Positions 9,280 to 19,657 are shown, numbered from the stretch's first letter. The stretch: 64,000 bases of DNA from Puteibacter caeruleilacunae (GCA_005217565.1 SJCO01000011.1:41070-105069), one strand, 5' to 3'. Numbers and translations: made by a program. Notes: generated from the sequence alone by a model not told the origin.

Positions 9280-10722
9280 ATGAAAACACGCATTATACTC
9301 TTATTTGTATATATCTTGTTCATTGCGGGCTGTCATGCTCCGTCGAAGAGCAAAGATGCACACAATCACAATACTGAAGAACACGATCACCCACATCCTC
9401 ACGAAGGTGAAGAGCATGATCACGACGACGATCACGGACATGAAGGACATGACCATGAAGGGGAACATAAACACGAGCATGATGACCATGATCACCCTCA
9501 TCCTCACGAAGGTGAAGGGCATGATCACGACGATCATGGACATGAAGGACATGACCATGAAGGGGAACATGAACACGAACATGATGACCACGATCACCCA
9601 CATCCTCACGAAGGTGAAGGGCATGATCACGACGATCACGGACATGAAGGACATGACCATCCGCATACTGAAGATGCTCATCAACATGGTACAGATGCAC
9701 ATGATCACGCTGCTGAGGCTGCTAAAATCAACTTTCCTACCGGTTTAATCACCATGAAAAAAGTAGATTTCGCCAATATCATCAAGACCAGTGGAGAAAT
9801 TCTTCCAGCACAAGGAGATGAGAGAATTATCACAGCTGTGCATTCAGGCGTTATTAAATTTCAGGGGAAGCAACTTTTCGAAGGAAAAGAAGTATTATCC
9901 GGACAATCTCTATTTGCAATATCAGGAGACGAGATCAAGGACAACAGTCTAGTTGTAAAGTACACTACAGCAAAGGTATCGTTCGATAATGCCACAAAGA
10001 ATCTTGATCGCGCTAAAGAATTACGTAAGGATACAATCATCTCTGAAAAGGAATATCAGCAAGCTGTATTGGAATATGAAACAAGCAAATCGGAATTCGA
10101 CGTAATGGCTAAGAATTTCAATAATGGCAAACAAATCATCAAGTCGCCATTGCAGGGCTTCATCAAGCAAATCAATATAACCGACGGACAATTTGTTCAA
10201 GCAGGACAACCATTGTTGATTCTTGCAAAGAACAAAAAATTGATCCTGAAAGCAGAGGTTGATCAGCAATATGTTGCATCAATTCCTGCCATCAAGAACG
10301 CAAACTTTGTTACTCCATACAACAAACAGCATTACCGTACAGATAACTTGAACGGTAAAATCATCTCGTATGGAAAAACAACTGCTGAGAACTCCTACTA
10401 TACTCCTGTTTTCTTTGAAATAGATAATGCAAATGGATTGGTCCCTGGAACATTCGTTGAGATTTATCTAAAATTACATAGCGAGAAATCATCACTTGTA
10501 CTTCCTAAATCAGCATTAATGGAGGAGCAAGGCTTGTTGTATGTATTTACAAAAGATCAACATGGTTATGAGAAACAATACATCACTGTAGGACATTCCG
10601 ATGGGAAAGTCGTTCAGGTACTAAGCGGATTAAAACCAGGAATGAAAGTGGCAACCAAAAATGTTTATCGCATTAAACTGTCGCAAACTACCAATGCGAT
10701 TCCACATGGACACTCTCATTAA
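9280..10722 (+). CDS. Efflux RND periplasmic adaptor (membrane fusion protein, CzcB/CusB-like) with a His/Asp/Glu-rich N-terminal repeat domain
   Basis: The listed ORF starts at 9190. The more plausible start is the in-frame Met at 9280, which gives the lipoprotein signal MKTRIILLFVYILFIAGCHA. The C-terminal two thirds form an MFP biotin-lipoyl / beta-barrel fold. Confidence 0.8.
   Translation: MKTRIILLFVYILFIAGCHAPSKSKDAHNHNTEEHDHPHPHEGEEHDHDDDHGHEGHDHEGEHKHEHDDHDHPHPHEGEGHDHDDHGHEGHDHEGEHEHEHDDHDHPHPHEGEGHDHDDHGHEGHDHPHTEDAHQHGTDAHDHAAEAAKINFPTGLITMKKVDFANIIKTSGEILPAQGDERIITAVHSGVIKFQGKQLFEGKEVLSGQSLFAISGDEIKDNSLVVKYTTAKVSFDNATKNLDRAKELRKDTIISEKEYQQAVLEYETSKSEFDVMAKNFNNGKQIIKSPLQGFIKQINITDGQFVQAGQPLLILAKNKKLILKAEVDQQYVASIPAIKNANFVTPYNKQHYRTDNLNGKIISYGKTTAENSYYTPVFFEIDNANGLVPGTFVEIYLKLHSEKSSLVLPKSALMEEQGLLYVFTKDQHGYEKQYITVGHSDGKVVQVLSGLKPGMKVATKNVYRIKLSQTTNAIPHGHSH
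9382..9660 (+). repeat. In-frame tandem repeat of about 102-105 bp (~2.7 copies) encoding HDHPHPHEGEGHDHDDHGHEGHDHEGEHEHEHDD metal-binding units
   Basis: Near-identical DNA copies begin at 9382, 9488 and 9590. The spurious antisense and frame-shifted ORFs 9301..9708, 9305..9748 and 9320..9700 are by-products of this repeat. Confidence 0.85.
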
Positions 10723-10807
10723 TCTTCCGAAATTAAGCACCGCATGAGTAGTAACTCATAGAGCTGAATTTTCGGAATACTATTAATCCAAAAATCATTA
10801 AGAAAAC

Positions 10808-13800
10808 ATGTTAAATAAGATAATTCATTACGCATTACATAACCGTTTCATTATACTGGTAACATCACTGTTACTGGTGATTTACGGTTCATTTGTAACG
10901 TCGAAGATGGAAATCGATGTATTTCCTGATTTGAATGCGCCAACAGTTGTGATCCTTACTGAGGCTCACGGATTGGCGCCAGAGGAGGTAGAAAAACTGG
11001 TTAGTTTTCCAATAGAAACAGCCATAAACGGGTCGACAGGACTGCGTAGAGTTCGTTCTTCATCAGCTGAGGGGTTCTCAATAGTATGGGCCGAATTCGA
11101 TTGGGGAATGAATACCTACAATGCTCGTCAGATTGTTAGTGAGAAGTTGATGACGCTTACAGGGCTTCCTAGAGGAGTAGAACAGCCTGTTTTAGCGCCT
11201 CAATCATCATTGATGGGCGAAATTATGATCTTCGGTATTACAGCCGATAAAACACCTCCAGAAGAGCTTAGAACAATTGCCGACTGGAATATTCGTACAC
11301 GACTGCTTTCTGTGAGTGGTGTTGCCCAGGTAACTGTTCAGGGAGGTGAATTTAAGCAATACCAGATTCTTGCTGATCCTCACCAAATGAAATACTACAA
11401 GGTGAGCATGAAAGAGTTGATTGCAACATGTGAGGGCATTAATGAAAATGCTCCCGGTGGATTCATCAACGAATATGGTAATCGATACATCGTAAGAGGT
11501 ATGGTAAGAACCAATAAGGTTGAAGAAATTGCTTCTGCTGTAATTAAGTCGGTTGATGGTTACCCTGTTAAACTATCGGATGTTGCTGAAGTAAAAACCG
11601 GACCAGCACCGTTGATTGGAATGGGTTCATATGAAGGGAAGAATGCAGTGATCATGACCATCACCAAGCAACCTAACATCAACACCCTTGAACTAACAGA
11701 AGAACTAAAAGCAGCGCTTAATGATATTCAGTCGACCCTACCGAAGGACGTTAAAATTAATACCGATGTTTTTGACCAATCGGAATTCATCAATACTTCG
11801 GTTAATAACGTACAGCGTGCATTAATCGAAGGGGGTATTCTTGTAATTGTTATCCTGTTCTTGTTCTTGATGAACTACAGGACTACATTGATTTCATTAC
11901 TCGCCATTCCATTGTCACTGTTAATCTCTATCATTTCATTAAAATGGATGGGTATTACCATCAACACGATGACTTTGGGAGGTATGGCCATTGCTATTGG
12001 ATCGCTGGTGGATGATGCCATCATTGATGTAGAGAATGTGTACAAACGACTGCGACAAAATGTAACTCTGGCAAAAGAGGAACGTCAACCTATTTTGAAG
12101 GTTATTTATGATGCATCAGTTGAGATTAGGGCCTCCATTTTAAATGCTACCTTGATCATCATTGTCGCATTTATCCCTCTCTTCTTCTTGAGTGGAATGG
12201 AGGGACGAATGCTAAAGCCATTAGGAATAGCTTACATTGTATCTCTGTTTGCGTCGCTTTTCATTGCTGTTACTTTAACACCTGTATTGTGTAGTCTGCT
12301 ACTTACCAATGAGCAGCGATTAAAGAAACATGAGAAAGGTAGTTGGGTTGAGCAAAATCTGAAAGCTTTGTACCAGAAAGGACTTGAACGCATTCTGCGT
12401 AATCGGGTTATTACGCTGAGTGTTACATCTGTGCTTCTTCTCTTTGCAATAGGATTATATTTCAATTTCGGACGTAGTTTCCTTCCTCCTTTTAACGAAG
12501 GAACGCTAACCATTAACGTGGCAACTGTACCGGGCATTTCTTTGGAGGAATCAGATAATCTGGGGCGTAAAGCTGAGTTGGCAATTTTATCGGTTCCTGA
12601 GGTTACCAGTGTTGAACGCCGTACAGGAAGAGCAGAGTTAGCCGAGCATACCTTTGGAGCCAACGTTTCAGAAATTGATGCTCCATTTACCTTGAAAGAT
12701 CGTCCTAGAGATGAATTCCTTCGTGAGGTTCGCTCTAAGCTTAATGCAATTCCAGGAATCAACATTGAGGTTGGACAGCCAATCAGTCACCGAATGAACC
12801 ATATGCTTTCAGGGACTCGGTCAAGTATTGCGATCAAGCTATTCGGTACTGATTTGGGGAAAATCTTTGAGATTGCAAATAAGATTAAAGATAACATCTC
12901 AGGAATTGAAGGTGTAGCCGACTTAAATGTGGAGCAACAGGTACAAATTCCACAAATTCAGATAAAGCCAAATCACACGATGCTTGCCAAGTATGGTATT
13001 TCATTAAATGATTTTGCTGAATTTATCGACATAGCCTTTGCAGGTGAGAAAATGTCGGATGTGTTTGTTGGCGAACGTAAATACGATATCATTCTACGTT
13101 ATAAAGACGAATATCGCGATAGCATGGATGCCATTAAAAGCGCCATGATTGACACTGGTGATGGCAAAAAGATTCCATTGCACTACGTTGCTAATATTGA
13201 ATCAAGAACAGGGCCCAATACCGTGAGTCGCGAAAATGTGAAGCGTAAGATTGTTATCTCTGCTAACGTTCAAGATCGCGACCTTCGAAGTGTTGTGGAA
13301 GATATTCAGAAGACAGTAGATACTACAATTGATCTTCCTGAAGGATATCATGTAGAGTATGGTGGACAGTTTGAAAGTGAAGCCGCCGCATCGAAAATGT
13401 TAATGATCACATCGTTATTGGCTTTACTTGTGATTTACATGTTGTTATATCAGGAATTCAAGAACTTCAAGCTAACTAGTATCATCATGCTTAACCTTCC
13501 ATTGGCACTTATTGGAGGTATGATTGCTATTCTACTATCATCGCAAGTAATTAGTATTCCGGCAATTATTGGATTCATTACGCTATTTGGTATTGCCACG
13601 CGTAACGGAATTCTGCTGGTATCACGTTACGAACACCTCAAAGAAGATGGCATGGCGCTACATGAGCGTGTTGTACATGGTTCAGTTGATCGATTGAATC
13701 CTATTTTGATGACAGCGCTTACGGCTGCCTTAGCACTTATTCCGTTGGCTTTAAGTGGTGAGAAACCAGGAAATGAGATTCAAAGTCCGATGGCAATAGT

Positions 13801-13900
13801 TATTCTAGGTGGTTTATTAAGCTCCACTCTATTGAATGTATTCATCATTCCTATGGTTTATGAAATCATAAACAGGAAGGAAAAACTAAGTAAAGATTAA
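10808..13900 (+). CDS. Heavy-metal efflux RND permease (CzcA/CusA family)
   Basis: 1030 aa with 12-TM AcrB/CzcA architecture. It follows the MFP and precedes the OMF. Confidence 0.9.
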   Translation: MLNKIIHYALHNRFIILVTSLLLVIYGSFVTSKMEIDVFPDLNAPTVVILTEAHGLAPEEVEKLVSFPIETAINGSTGLRRVRSSSAEGFSIVWAEFDWGMNTYNARQIVSEKLMTLTGLPRGVEQPVLAPQSSLMGEIMIFGITADKTPPEELRTIADWNIRTRLLSVSGVAQVTVQGGEFKQYQILADPHQMKYYKVSMKELIATCEGINENAPGGFINEYGNRYIVRGMVRTNKVEEIASAVIKSVDGYPVKLSDVAEVKTGPAPLIGMGSYEGKNAVIMTITKQPNINTLELTEELKAALNDIQSTLPKDVKINTDVFDQSEFINTSVNNVQRALIEGGILVIVILFLFLMNYRTTLISLLAIPLSLLISIISLKWMGITINTMTLGGMAIAIGSLVDDAIIDVENVYKRLRQNVTLAKEERQPILKVIYDASVEIRASILNATLIIIVAFIPLFFLSGMEGRMLKPLGIAYIVSLFASLFIAVTLTPVLCSLLLTNEQRLKKHEKGSWVEQNLKALYQKGLERILRNRVITLSVTSVLLLFAIGLYFNFGRSFLPPFNEGTLTINVATVPGISLEESDNLGRKAELAILSVPEVTSVERRTGRAELAEHTFGANVSEIDAPFTLKDRPRDEFLREVRSKLNAIPGINIEVGQPISHRMNHMLSGTRSSIAIKLFGTDLGKIFEIANKIKDNISGIEGVADLNVEQQVQIPQIQIKPNHTMLAKYGISLNDFAEFIDIAFAGEKMSDVFVGERKYDIILRYKDEYRDSMDAIKSAMIDTGDGKKIPLHYVANIESRTGPNTVSRENVKRKIVISANVQDRDLRSVVEDIQKTVDTTIDLPEGYHVEYGGQFESEAAASKMLMITSLLALLVIYMLLYQEFKNFKLTSIIMLNLPLALIGGMIAILLSSQVISIPAIIGFITLFGIATRNGILLVSRYEHLKEDGMALHERVVHGSVDRLNPILMTALTAALALIPLALSGEKPGNEIQSPMAIVILGGLLSSTLLNVFIIPMVYEIINRKEKLSKD

Positions 13901-13904
13901 GGTT

Positions 13905-15074
13905 ATGAAGAACTATATAATCATTATACTATTGATGATCAGCGGAGGTGGTTTTGCGCAAAGCATCAACGATGTATTGGAGTCAGTGGCCACCAATAAT
14001 ACCATATTGAAAGCTGAGCAACAGGAGATGGATGCAACAATTCTGGATAACAAAACAGGCTTAACACCATCTAATCCACAAGTTAATTATGGTAGAATGC
14101 CTGCTGGAGGATCTAAAAGCGGGCATAAAACAGTATGGGGTGTATCGCAAAGCTTTAGCTTCCCTACTACCTATTTCCGTAAGGTTCAGGTAGCTGAATT
14201 GCTGAATCAAAAAGCTGAGGTGCAAAATAGTGCTGCTCGTCAGGAGATTTTGCTTGAAGCAAAGAAAAGCTGTATTGAATTGATCTATCTAAACAAAATG
14301 AAAGATCAACTGGAAATCCGCACAGCTGCCATTGAAAAGTTAGCTGAATCTCTGAAAAAACGTATGCAGACTGGCGATGCATCTGTGATTGAAATGAATA
14401 AGGCCAAGATTGAGCTGATCAAGTTTCAGAATCAAAAGAATCATCTGGAAACAAGTATTCAAAATGTAGAAGAAAGATTGGCATTCTTCAATGGAGGTCA
14501 GCCTCTAAACCTAAAGCATTTGAACTATCCGGTAGCTATTATTGAGTCGAAAGATCAGCTTTTACAGGAAGCCGTAGCTAAGGATCCTGTATTCGCAGCA
14601 GCAATGCTTAATAAAGACATCGCATCTGCGCAAGTTAAGCTCGATAAGAGTCAGTGGTTACCTGATTTTACAGTGGGCTATGAAAGCGAGGAAACTCCTG
14701 GAGACAAGTTTGCTGGAGCAAGGGTAGGATTATCAATCCCCTTGTGGGAAAAGAAGAACACCGTGAAACGATCAAGAGCAAGACTTCAGGCGGTAAGCAC
14801 TCGATTAGAAGCTTACAAACAGGAGCTCACATCCAATACGGTTCAGAACTTCAACAAGTTCTCCACTCAGAAGCATAACCTCGACAATTATCAACAGACG
14901 ATGAATCAGGTTCGTAATGCTGAATTATTGGCCAAAGCACTAAGATTAGGGCACATTTCAACGATCGAATATATTCATGAAATGAGCTGGTATTACGATG
15001 CAGAAGATAATGCAATGCTTCTTGAAAAAGAGTATTACTTATCGCAAGCAGAGCTACTAAAATTCAGATTATAA
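13905..15074 (+). CDS. TolC-family outer membrane efflux protein (CzcC-like)
   Basis: Signal peptide and two OEP-type coiled-coil repeats. It is the last gene of the efflux operon. Confidence 0.8.
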   Translation: MKNYIIIILLMISGGGFAQSINDVLESVATNNTILKAEQQEMDATILDNKTGLTPSNPQVNYGRMPAGGSKSGHKTVWGVSQSFSFPTTYFRKVQVAELLNQKAEVQNSAARQEILLEAKKSCIELIYLNKMKDQLEIRTAAIEKLAESLKKRMQTGDASVIEMNKAKIELIKFQNQKNHLETSIQNVEERLAFFNGGQPLNLKHLNYPVAIIESKDQLLQEAVAKDPVFAAAMLNKDIASAQVKLDKSQWLPDFTVGYESEETPGDKFAGARVGLSIPLWEKKNTVKRSRARLQAVSTRLEAYKQELTSNTVQNFNKFSTQKHNLDNYQQTMNQVRNAELLAKALRLGHISTIEYIHEMSWYYDAEDNAMLLEKEYYLSQAELLKFRL

Positions 15075-15093
15075 TATTAGTCTCTAAAATTAG

Positions 15094-15130
15094 AAAGGCT
15101 GTTCGTTAAATTGAACAGCCTTTCTTTTTT
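15094..15130. terminator. Rho-independent terminator. An 11-bp perfect stem (AAAGGCTGTTC / GAACAGCCTTT) is followed by a T-run. It is bidirectional, sitting between convergent genes.
   Basis: Seen in the sequence between the czcC-like stop and the DUF721 stop. Confidence 0.7.
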
Positions 15131-15187
15131 AAGGAAATGACCGCTTCCCAATCACAGAGAGCGGTCTTATGTCTTTACAACTTATGT

Positions 15188-15478
15188 TTATTTTACAATC
15201 ACATGATCGATGACATTACCACCAGCTTCCCGATTCAAAGCATCCTTGATTTGATCACGCATCATGAATAATTCATTGCGAATAATCGATGATTTTAGAA
15301 ATACAAATAATATTCGATTGCGGATATATATCTTTGTGGTAGAACTAGCCACTGTTTTTCCCAGTACCTTTTCCCACGAAGCAACAACATCAGCCTCTTT
15401 CAAATGACTATCCATTTTATTCTTTTTGACGTATTCTTTCAATACATCTGATAATTTCTGTGTCTCGTTTCTTCTCAT
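15188..15478 (-). CDS. DUF721-family protein (the conserved partner found immediately downstream of recF)
   Basis: 96 aa and immediately downstream of recF, which is the conserved synteny in Bacteroidetes. Confidence 0.55.
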   Translation of the reverse strand: MRRNETQKLSDVLKEYVKKNKMDSHLKEADVVASWEKVLGKTVASSTTKIYIRNRILFVFLKSSIIRNELFMMRDQIKDALNREAGGNVIDHVIVK

Positions 15479-15482
15479 GATA

Positions 15483-16583
15483 CTATGGAATTACAGTTCC
15501 GTTTTCAATGGTAAAAATCTGATAATCTACACCAGTTTCTTCAACTATGTGATTTAAGTTCTCTCTGTTGGTATCCGATAGAAATATCTGTCCGAAATGA
15601 TCTTCAGCAACCAACTTAATAATCTGCTCTACCCTTCCTGCATCAAGCTTATCAAAGATATCATCCATCAACAGGATTGGTTTATTACCACTAAGTTCTT
15701 TAATAAATTCGAATTGTGCCAATTTAAGTGCTACTAAATACGTTTTCTTTTGTCCTTGCGATCCCAGCTTACGGATTGGATATTCCCCCAACTGTAATAA
15801 CAAATCATCCTTATGAATACCTACAGAAGTGTGTTGTACTAACCTATCCTTAGGTAAAGCTTCCTTAAGCAAATCTTCAAGATTATGCTCATTCAATTTT
15901 GATTCATAAATCAATTTCACCTGTTCCTTACCCTGAGAAATCATCTCGTAGTAATGCTGGAATACCGGCATCAAACGCTCAAGAAATTCTTTACGCTTAT
16001 GATGAATCTCCGTTCCTAGCCGCACTAACTGGTCATCCCATATCTCAAGGGTTGTCGCATCAAATCGTAATCCTGCAGCAAACTGCTTCAACAAATTATT
16101 CCGTTGGAGCAATACGCGATTATACTTAAGTAAGATATCAAGATATTGTCGATCATACTGACTGATCACACCATCCATAAATTTACGGCGCTCATCACTA
16201 CCTCCAATAATCAAATTGATATCAGATGGAGAAATCATTACCAATGGTAATAAACCTATATGTTCAGCCAGCTTCTTGTATTCCTTTTTGTTCTTCTTAA
16301 ATTGCTTCTTCTTGCCCTTCTTCACGCCACAATAAATCACCTCATCGGCATCATTGCGAAAATAATTCCCCTGCAATACGAAGAATTCCTGCCCGTGGCG
16401 GATATTGTGAAATTCCACAGCATTAAAGAAACTTTTACAAAAGGATAAATAATATATAGAGTCGAGTAAATTGGTCTTTCCTACTCCATTATTTCCCAGG
16501 AAACAATTGAGTTTTGGAGAGAAGGTTAACTCAGCCTGCTCAATATTTTTATAATTAACTATAGATAGCTCTCTGATATACAT
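15483..16583 (-). CDS. recF: DNA replication and repair protein RecF
   Basis: Walker A motif GNNGVGKTNLLDSIY, SMC-like ABC ATPase fold, 366 aa. Confidence 0.9.
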   Translation of the reverse strand: MYIRELSIVNYKNIEQAELTFSPKLNCFLGNNGVGKTNLLDSIYYLSFCKSFFNAVEFHNIRHGQEFFVLQGNYFRNDADEVIYCGVKKGKKKQFKKNKKEYKKLAEHIGLLPLVMISPSDINLIIGGSDERRKFMDGVISQYDRQYLDILLKYNRVLLQRNNLLKQFAAGLRFDATTLEIWDDQLVRLGTEIHHKRKEFLERLMPVFQHYYEMISQGKEQVKLIYESKLNEHNLEDLLKEALPKDRLVQHTSVGIHKDDLLLQLGEYPIRKLGSQGQKKTYLVALKLAQFEFIKELSGNKPILLMDDIFDKLDAGRVEQIIKLVAEDHFGQIFLSDTNRENLNHIVEETGVDYQIFTIENGTVIP

Positions 16584-17147
16584 ATAATCATTTTTTCAGA
16601 TGCGAATCTTTGCCCTGTATCTTGCATGCATTCACTAATAAATCGTTGTGCAAATCTAATAAAACAATGACAGATTTAATCACCTCACAATAGGAAACAT
16701 AAAATTACATGAAAGGTTGCATATTGCTTTTCATTCAATATCAATACAATACCCTTTATTGAATTACTTTCACATAGAGACCATAATCCTTATCTATAAC
16801 ATTGAACTTTCATATCTTTCATCTCAATGGAATCACAGCAATTCTAAGATATCAGTTTATAAATAAATTTTCACAACGAACACGACTTTCTGATTTTATG
16901 AAACTTACATGTCATTTTACTAGTATCACATAACACTCCGATGTGTATCATACATTTATTTTATCACACAAATACATGTCCCTTTATTAAACCTGTTCCA
17001 TTCGCTCGAAATATGAACACAATAAGGAGCAAAATCATACCAAACGCCCAACTTTACTGGGGAAGCCTGATTTACTGCATCATACAAAAATGTTGTAGAG
17101 ATTTATGAATTTTATGTACAAAACTTACTGTTGTTTCACCAAAAACG

Positions 17148-17155
17148 TTATTTTT
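17148..17155 (+). promoter_or_regulatory. Candidate -7 box TATTTTTG (a perfect match to TAnnTTTG) about 30 nt upstream of the TPR gene start
   Basis: Seen in the sequence. The consensus is from the literature on Bacteroides promoters. Confidence 0.35.
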
Positions 17156-17186
17156 GCGTCTAAATTCGATCTAATTATTCAGAAAC

Positions 17187-17873
17187 ATGACAAAAGATAA
17201 GAAACACTCGACTCACGCTGATGGAATGCTTGAAGTAGAAAATGCTTTGACAAAATCAGAACAGTTTATTGAAGAAAATCAAAAGATTCTGTCTATCGTT
17301 GTGGGATCAATTGTAGCTATTGTTGCAATATATCTTGGATACAACAAGTTTTATGTGCAACCTCTTGAGGAGGAAGCAAAGTCGGAAATGTACATTGCAG
17401 AGCAATATTTTGAGAAAGACTCTTTCAATCTTGCTGTGAATGGAGACGGAAACTACGGTGGATTCCTTGATATCATCGACAACTATGGCTCAACTCCTAG
17501 TGGAGAACTTGCAAAATACTATGCAGGTATATCTTATCTTCACATGGGACAGTATGACGATGCTTTGGATTATTTGAAAAGCTTTTCTACTGATGATTTG
17601 AACCTAAGCGCAGTTGCTACTGGAGCACAAGGTGATGCTTATTTAGAAAAAGGCGACAAAGACAAGGCAGTAGCTCAGTACAAAAAAGCAGCAGCAATCG
17701 AAAATGATTTTACTGCTCCTATCTACCTATTAAAATTAGGTCAGTTGTACGAAGCAATGGGTGACAAAGCTAAAGCTTTAGACACTTACAAGTCGATTAA
17801 AGCCGATTATCCTAAATCAAGCGAAGGAAACAACGTAGACAAGTTCATCGCTCGTATTAGCATGGAAAAATAG
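17187..17873 (+). CDS. Tetratricopeptide-repeat protein with an N-terminal TM anchor
   Basis: TM helix SIVVGSIVAIVAIYLGY followed by TPR-like repeats. Confidence 0.65.
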   Translation: MTKDKKHSTHADGMLEVENALTKSEQFIEENQKILSIVVGSIVAIVAIYLGYNKFYVQPLEEEAKSEMYIAEQYFEKDSFNLAVNGDGNYGGFLDIIDNYGSTPSGELAKYYAGISYLHMGQYDDALDYLKSFSTDDLNLSAVATGAQGDAYLEKGDKDKAVAQYKKAAAIENDFTAPIYLLKLGQLYEAMGDKAKALDTYKSIKADYPKSSEGNNVDKFIARISMEK

Positions 17874-17897
17874 ACTTAGAGCTATCTAGAATATAAG

Positions 17898-17925
17898 TCC
17901 CCTCTTTTTGAGGGGATTTTTTTTA
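17898..17925 (+). terminator. Rho-independent terminator (TCCCCTC-TTTTT-GAGGGGA followed by T8)
   Basis: Seen in the sequence. Confidence 0.75.
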
Positions 17926-17953
17926 TCTTTAAACTTCAAAAACAAAATAAGAT

Positions 17954-18442
17954 ATGGCAACGAAAGATTTATCAGCATACGATTTGAATTCAGTACCTTC
18001 TGCTGAGAAAATGAAATTTGGAATTGTTGTTTCAGAATGGAACTACGAAGTTACCGGCGCAATGGCTCGCGGAGCTGTTGACACCTTGAAGAAGCATGGT
18101 GCTCTTGATGAGAATATCCAGGTGAAGCATGTACCAGGAAGCTTTGAATTAACTCTTGGTGGACAGTATTTTGCAGAGTATACTGATGTAGACGCTGTAA
18201 TTTGTCTTGGTTGTGTAATTCAAGGTGATACTAAGCACTTCGACTTTGTGTGTCATGGTGTAACTAAAGGAATCACTGATTTGAATATGACTTACAACTT
18301 ACCATTCATTTTTGGTGTTTTAACCACCAATAACCAGCAGCAAGCAGAAGATCGTGCTGGAGGTAAACTTGGAAACAAAGGTGATGAGGCAGCAGTAACT
18401 GCAATTAAAATGGTTGCGCTTCAAAACGAGATGGATAAGTAA
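17954..18442 (+). CDS. ribH: 6,7-dimethyl-8-ribityllumazine synthase
   Basis: 162 aa with the lumazine synthase fold (…VPGSFELTL…[14 protein letters not shown]…). Confidence 0.9.
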   Translation: MATKDLSAYDLNSVPSAEKMKFGIVVSEWNYEVTGAMARGAVDTLKKHGALDENIQVKHVPGSFELTLGGQYFAEYTDVDAVICLGCVIQGDTKHFDFVCHGVTKGITDLNMTYNLPFIFGVLTTNNQQQAEDRAGGKLGNKGDEAAVTAIKMVALQNEMDK

Positions 18443-18523
18443 ACACATTAAGGCTTCTTTGAATTCTTGCCTTTCTTAAAGCGAGTTATTCATTGAATTC
18501 TTTTTCAGAAAATATTCAACTAA

Positions 18524-18552
18524 GGTTCGGCTAATATAGTCGGACCTTTTTT
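18524..18552 (+). terminator. Terminator hairpin with G-U wobble pairs (GGTTCGGC…GTCGGACC) followed by T6
   Basis: Seen in the sequence, downstream of ribH. Confidence 0.45.
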
Positions 18553-18960
18553 ATGCTATCATCAGCATTAAAAGCATAAATACAAAGCCTTAATAGCGCC
18601 AGGATACTTCCCCCAATTTAGAGCCCTTTACTCCATACTACCATACCTTTTAATACATAGAGAACTCAACGATTTCATGAGATATGTATGCTGTATGTAT
18701 TGGCTACAGTTTTTCAACATTCCTCAATTCTCAGATCCCCAGTAAAAACAAGGCTTTGGGCGTTTTCGTGCACGATAGTATCGCCCAATTGGGCGGAAGT
18801 GAGCAGGGCGAAAATACCCTCGCAAAATGCTTCAAAAAAAACTCACATTTCAAAACCACTGCATTACAGCACATTAAGGACAACTGATAAATAAATTGTT
18901 CCTAATTTTTGTCAATGGTACGGTATTGGTAATGTATCGGGCAGTTAACCATTTGAGCAA

Positions 18961-19233
18961 ATGTCAATATACTTGAAAAATAGAAGCAAGGACCAAAAAT
19001 CTAAAATGATTTTAAAAATACTGATTGTCATTCTAGTCAGTGCGGTCCTGCTTTTATTAGAATATTCAGTAAGACATAAGATCGTTGGAGGAATAGAAGA
19101 GAAATCGAACAAATCTAGTAGAGTTACTAGTAGCCAGGATAACATCAACATGTATGATGCTTGGTCGATGTCACAAAGCGAAGTAAAGGAATGGTTAGAT
19201 AACAAAGAAGAGGCATCAGTAAATATACTATAA
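18961..19233 (+). CDS. Small hypothetical membrane-anchored protein
   Basis: The 90-aa ORF has one hydrophobic helix. A GC-rich hairpin plus T-run at ~19370-19406 follows it, which supports the ORF being real. Confidence 0.3.
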   Translation: MSIYLKNRSKDQKSKMILKILIVILVSAVLLLLEYSVRHKIVGGIEEKSNKSSRVTSSQDNINMYDAWSMSQSEVKEWLDNKEEASVNIL

Positions 19234-19569
19234 GAACACCTGTAGCGAGGGTTTAAATCGCAGATTGATTTACGATTTGTTGCGTTAATCGTAATGATTT
19301 CTTTCCAAGTACCGATTAAGTTTTAAGATTCCGAAAAGGAATTGCGTTCAAGCTTTTGAACTGAGGGGAAAGGCCGCTTGCATTTATGCAGCGGCTTTTA
19401 TCTTTTAAACACTATCTTACTGAACCATAATACCTACGGCTTACTGATGAGATATTTCTCATATTTTTCTTTCAACTGATCAATAATTTTTGATATATTT
19501 GCTTTGCTTTCAACGATAGGTGTCAAGAAACACAAGCAAGGTAGAAAGCCATTATGTTCTATAATTAAT

Positions 19570-19653
19570 GCCCAGATGGCGAAATTGGTAGACGCGCTGG
19601 TTTCAGGGACCAGTGTCAGCAATGACGTGCAAGTTCGAGTCTTGTTCTGGGCA
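19570..19653 (+). tRNA. tRNA-Leu (anticodon CAG), type II with a long variable arm
   Basis: I folded it by hand. The 7-bp acceptor GCCCAGA/TCTGGGC closes. The anticodon stem CTGGT/ACCAG carries the loop TTCAGGG. A T-arm with TTCGAGT is present. The ORF 19434..19622 on the minus strand is spurious. Confidence 0.85.
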
Positions 19654-19657
19654 CAAA

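Noticed and set aside
9301-9748. Three overlapping ORFs (9301..9708 -, 9305..9748 +, 9320..9700 -) with bizarre His/Met/Val-rich translations
   Set aside because: They lie entirely within the in-frame His/Asp/Glu tandem repeat of the efflux adaptor gene. Codon-repeat DNA stays open in several frames. Their products are low-complexity and there is no independent start context.
12232-12765. 177-aa antisense ORF inside the RND permease gene
   Set aside because: It is fully embedded, antisense, in a strongly supported 1030-aa CDS. It has an Arg/Ser-rich composition typical of antisense GC-skewed frames.
16584-17186. Possible replication origin in the 600-bp AT-rich spacer upstream of recF
   Set aside because: I looked for clustered DnaA boxes (TTATCCACA or close variants) and found none convincing. 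dnaA and dnaN are also not in the window. The AT-richness is better explained by divergent promoters.
19434-19622. 62-aa ORF on the minus strand
   Set aside because: It overlaps the well-folded tRNA-Leu(CAG) gene at 19570..19653.
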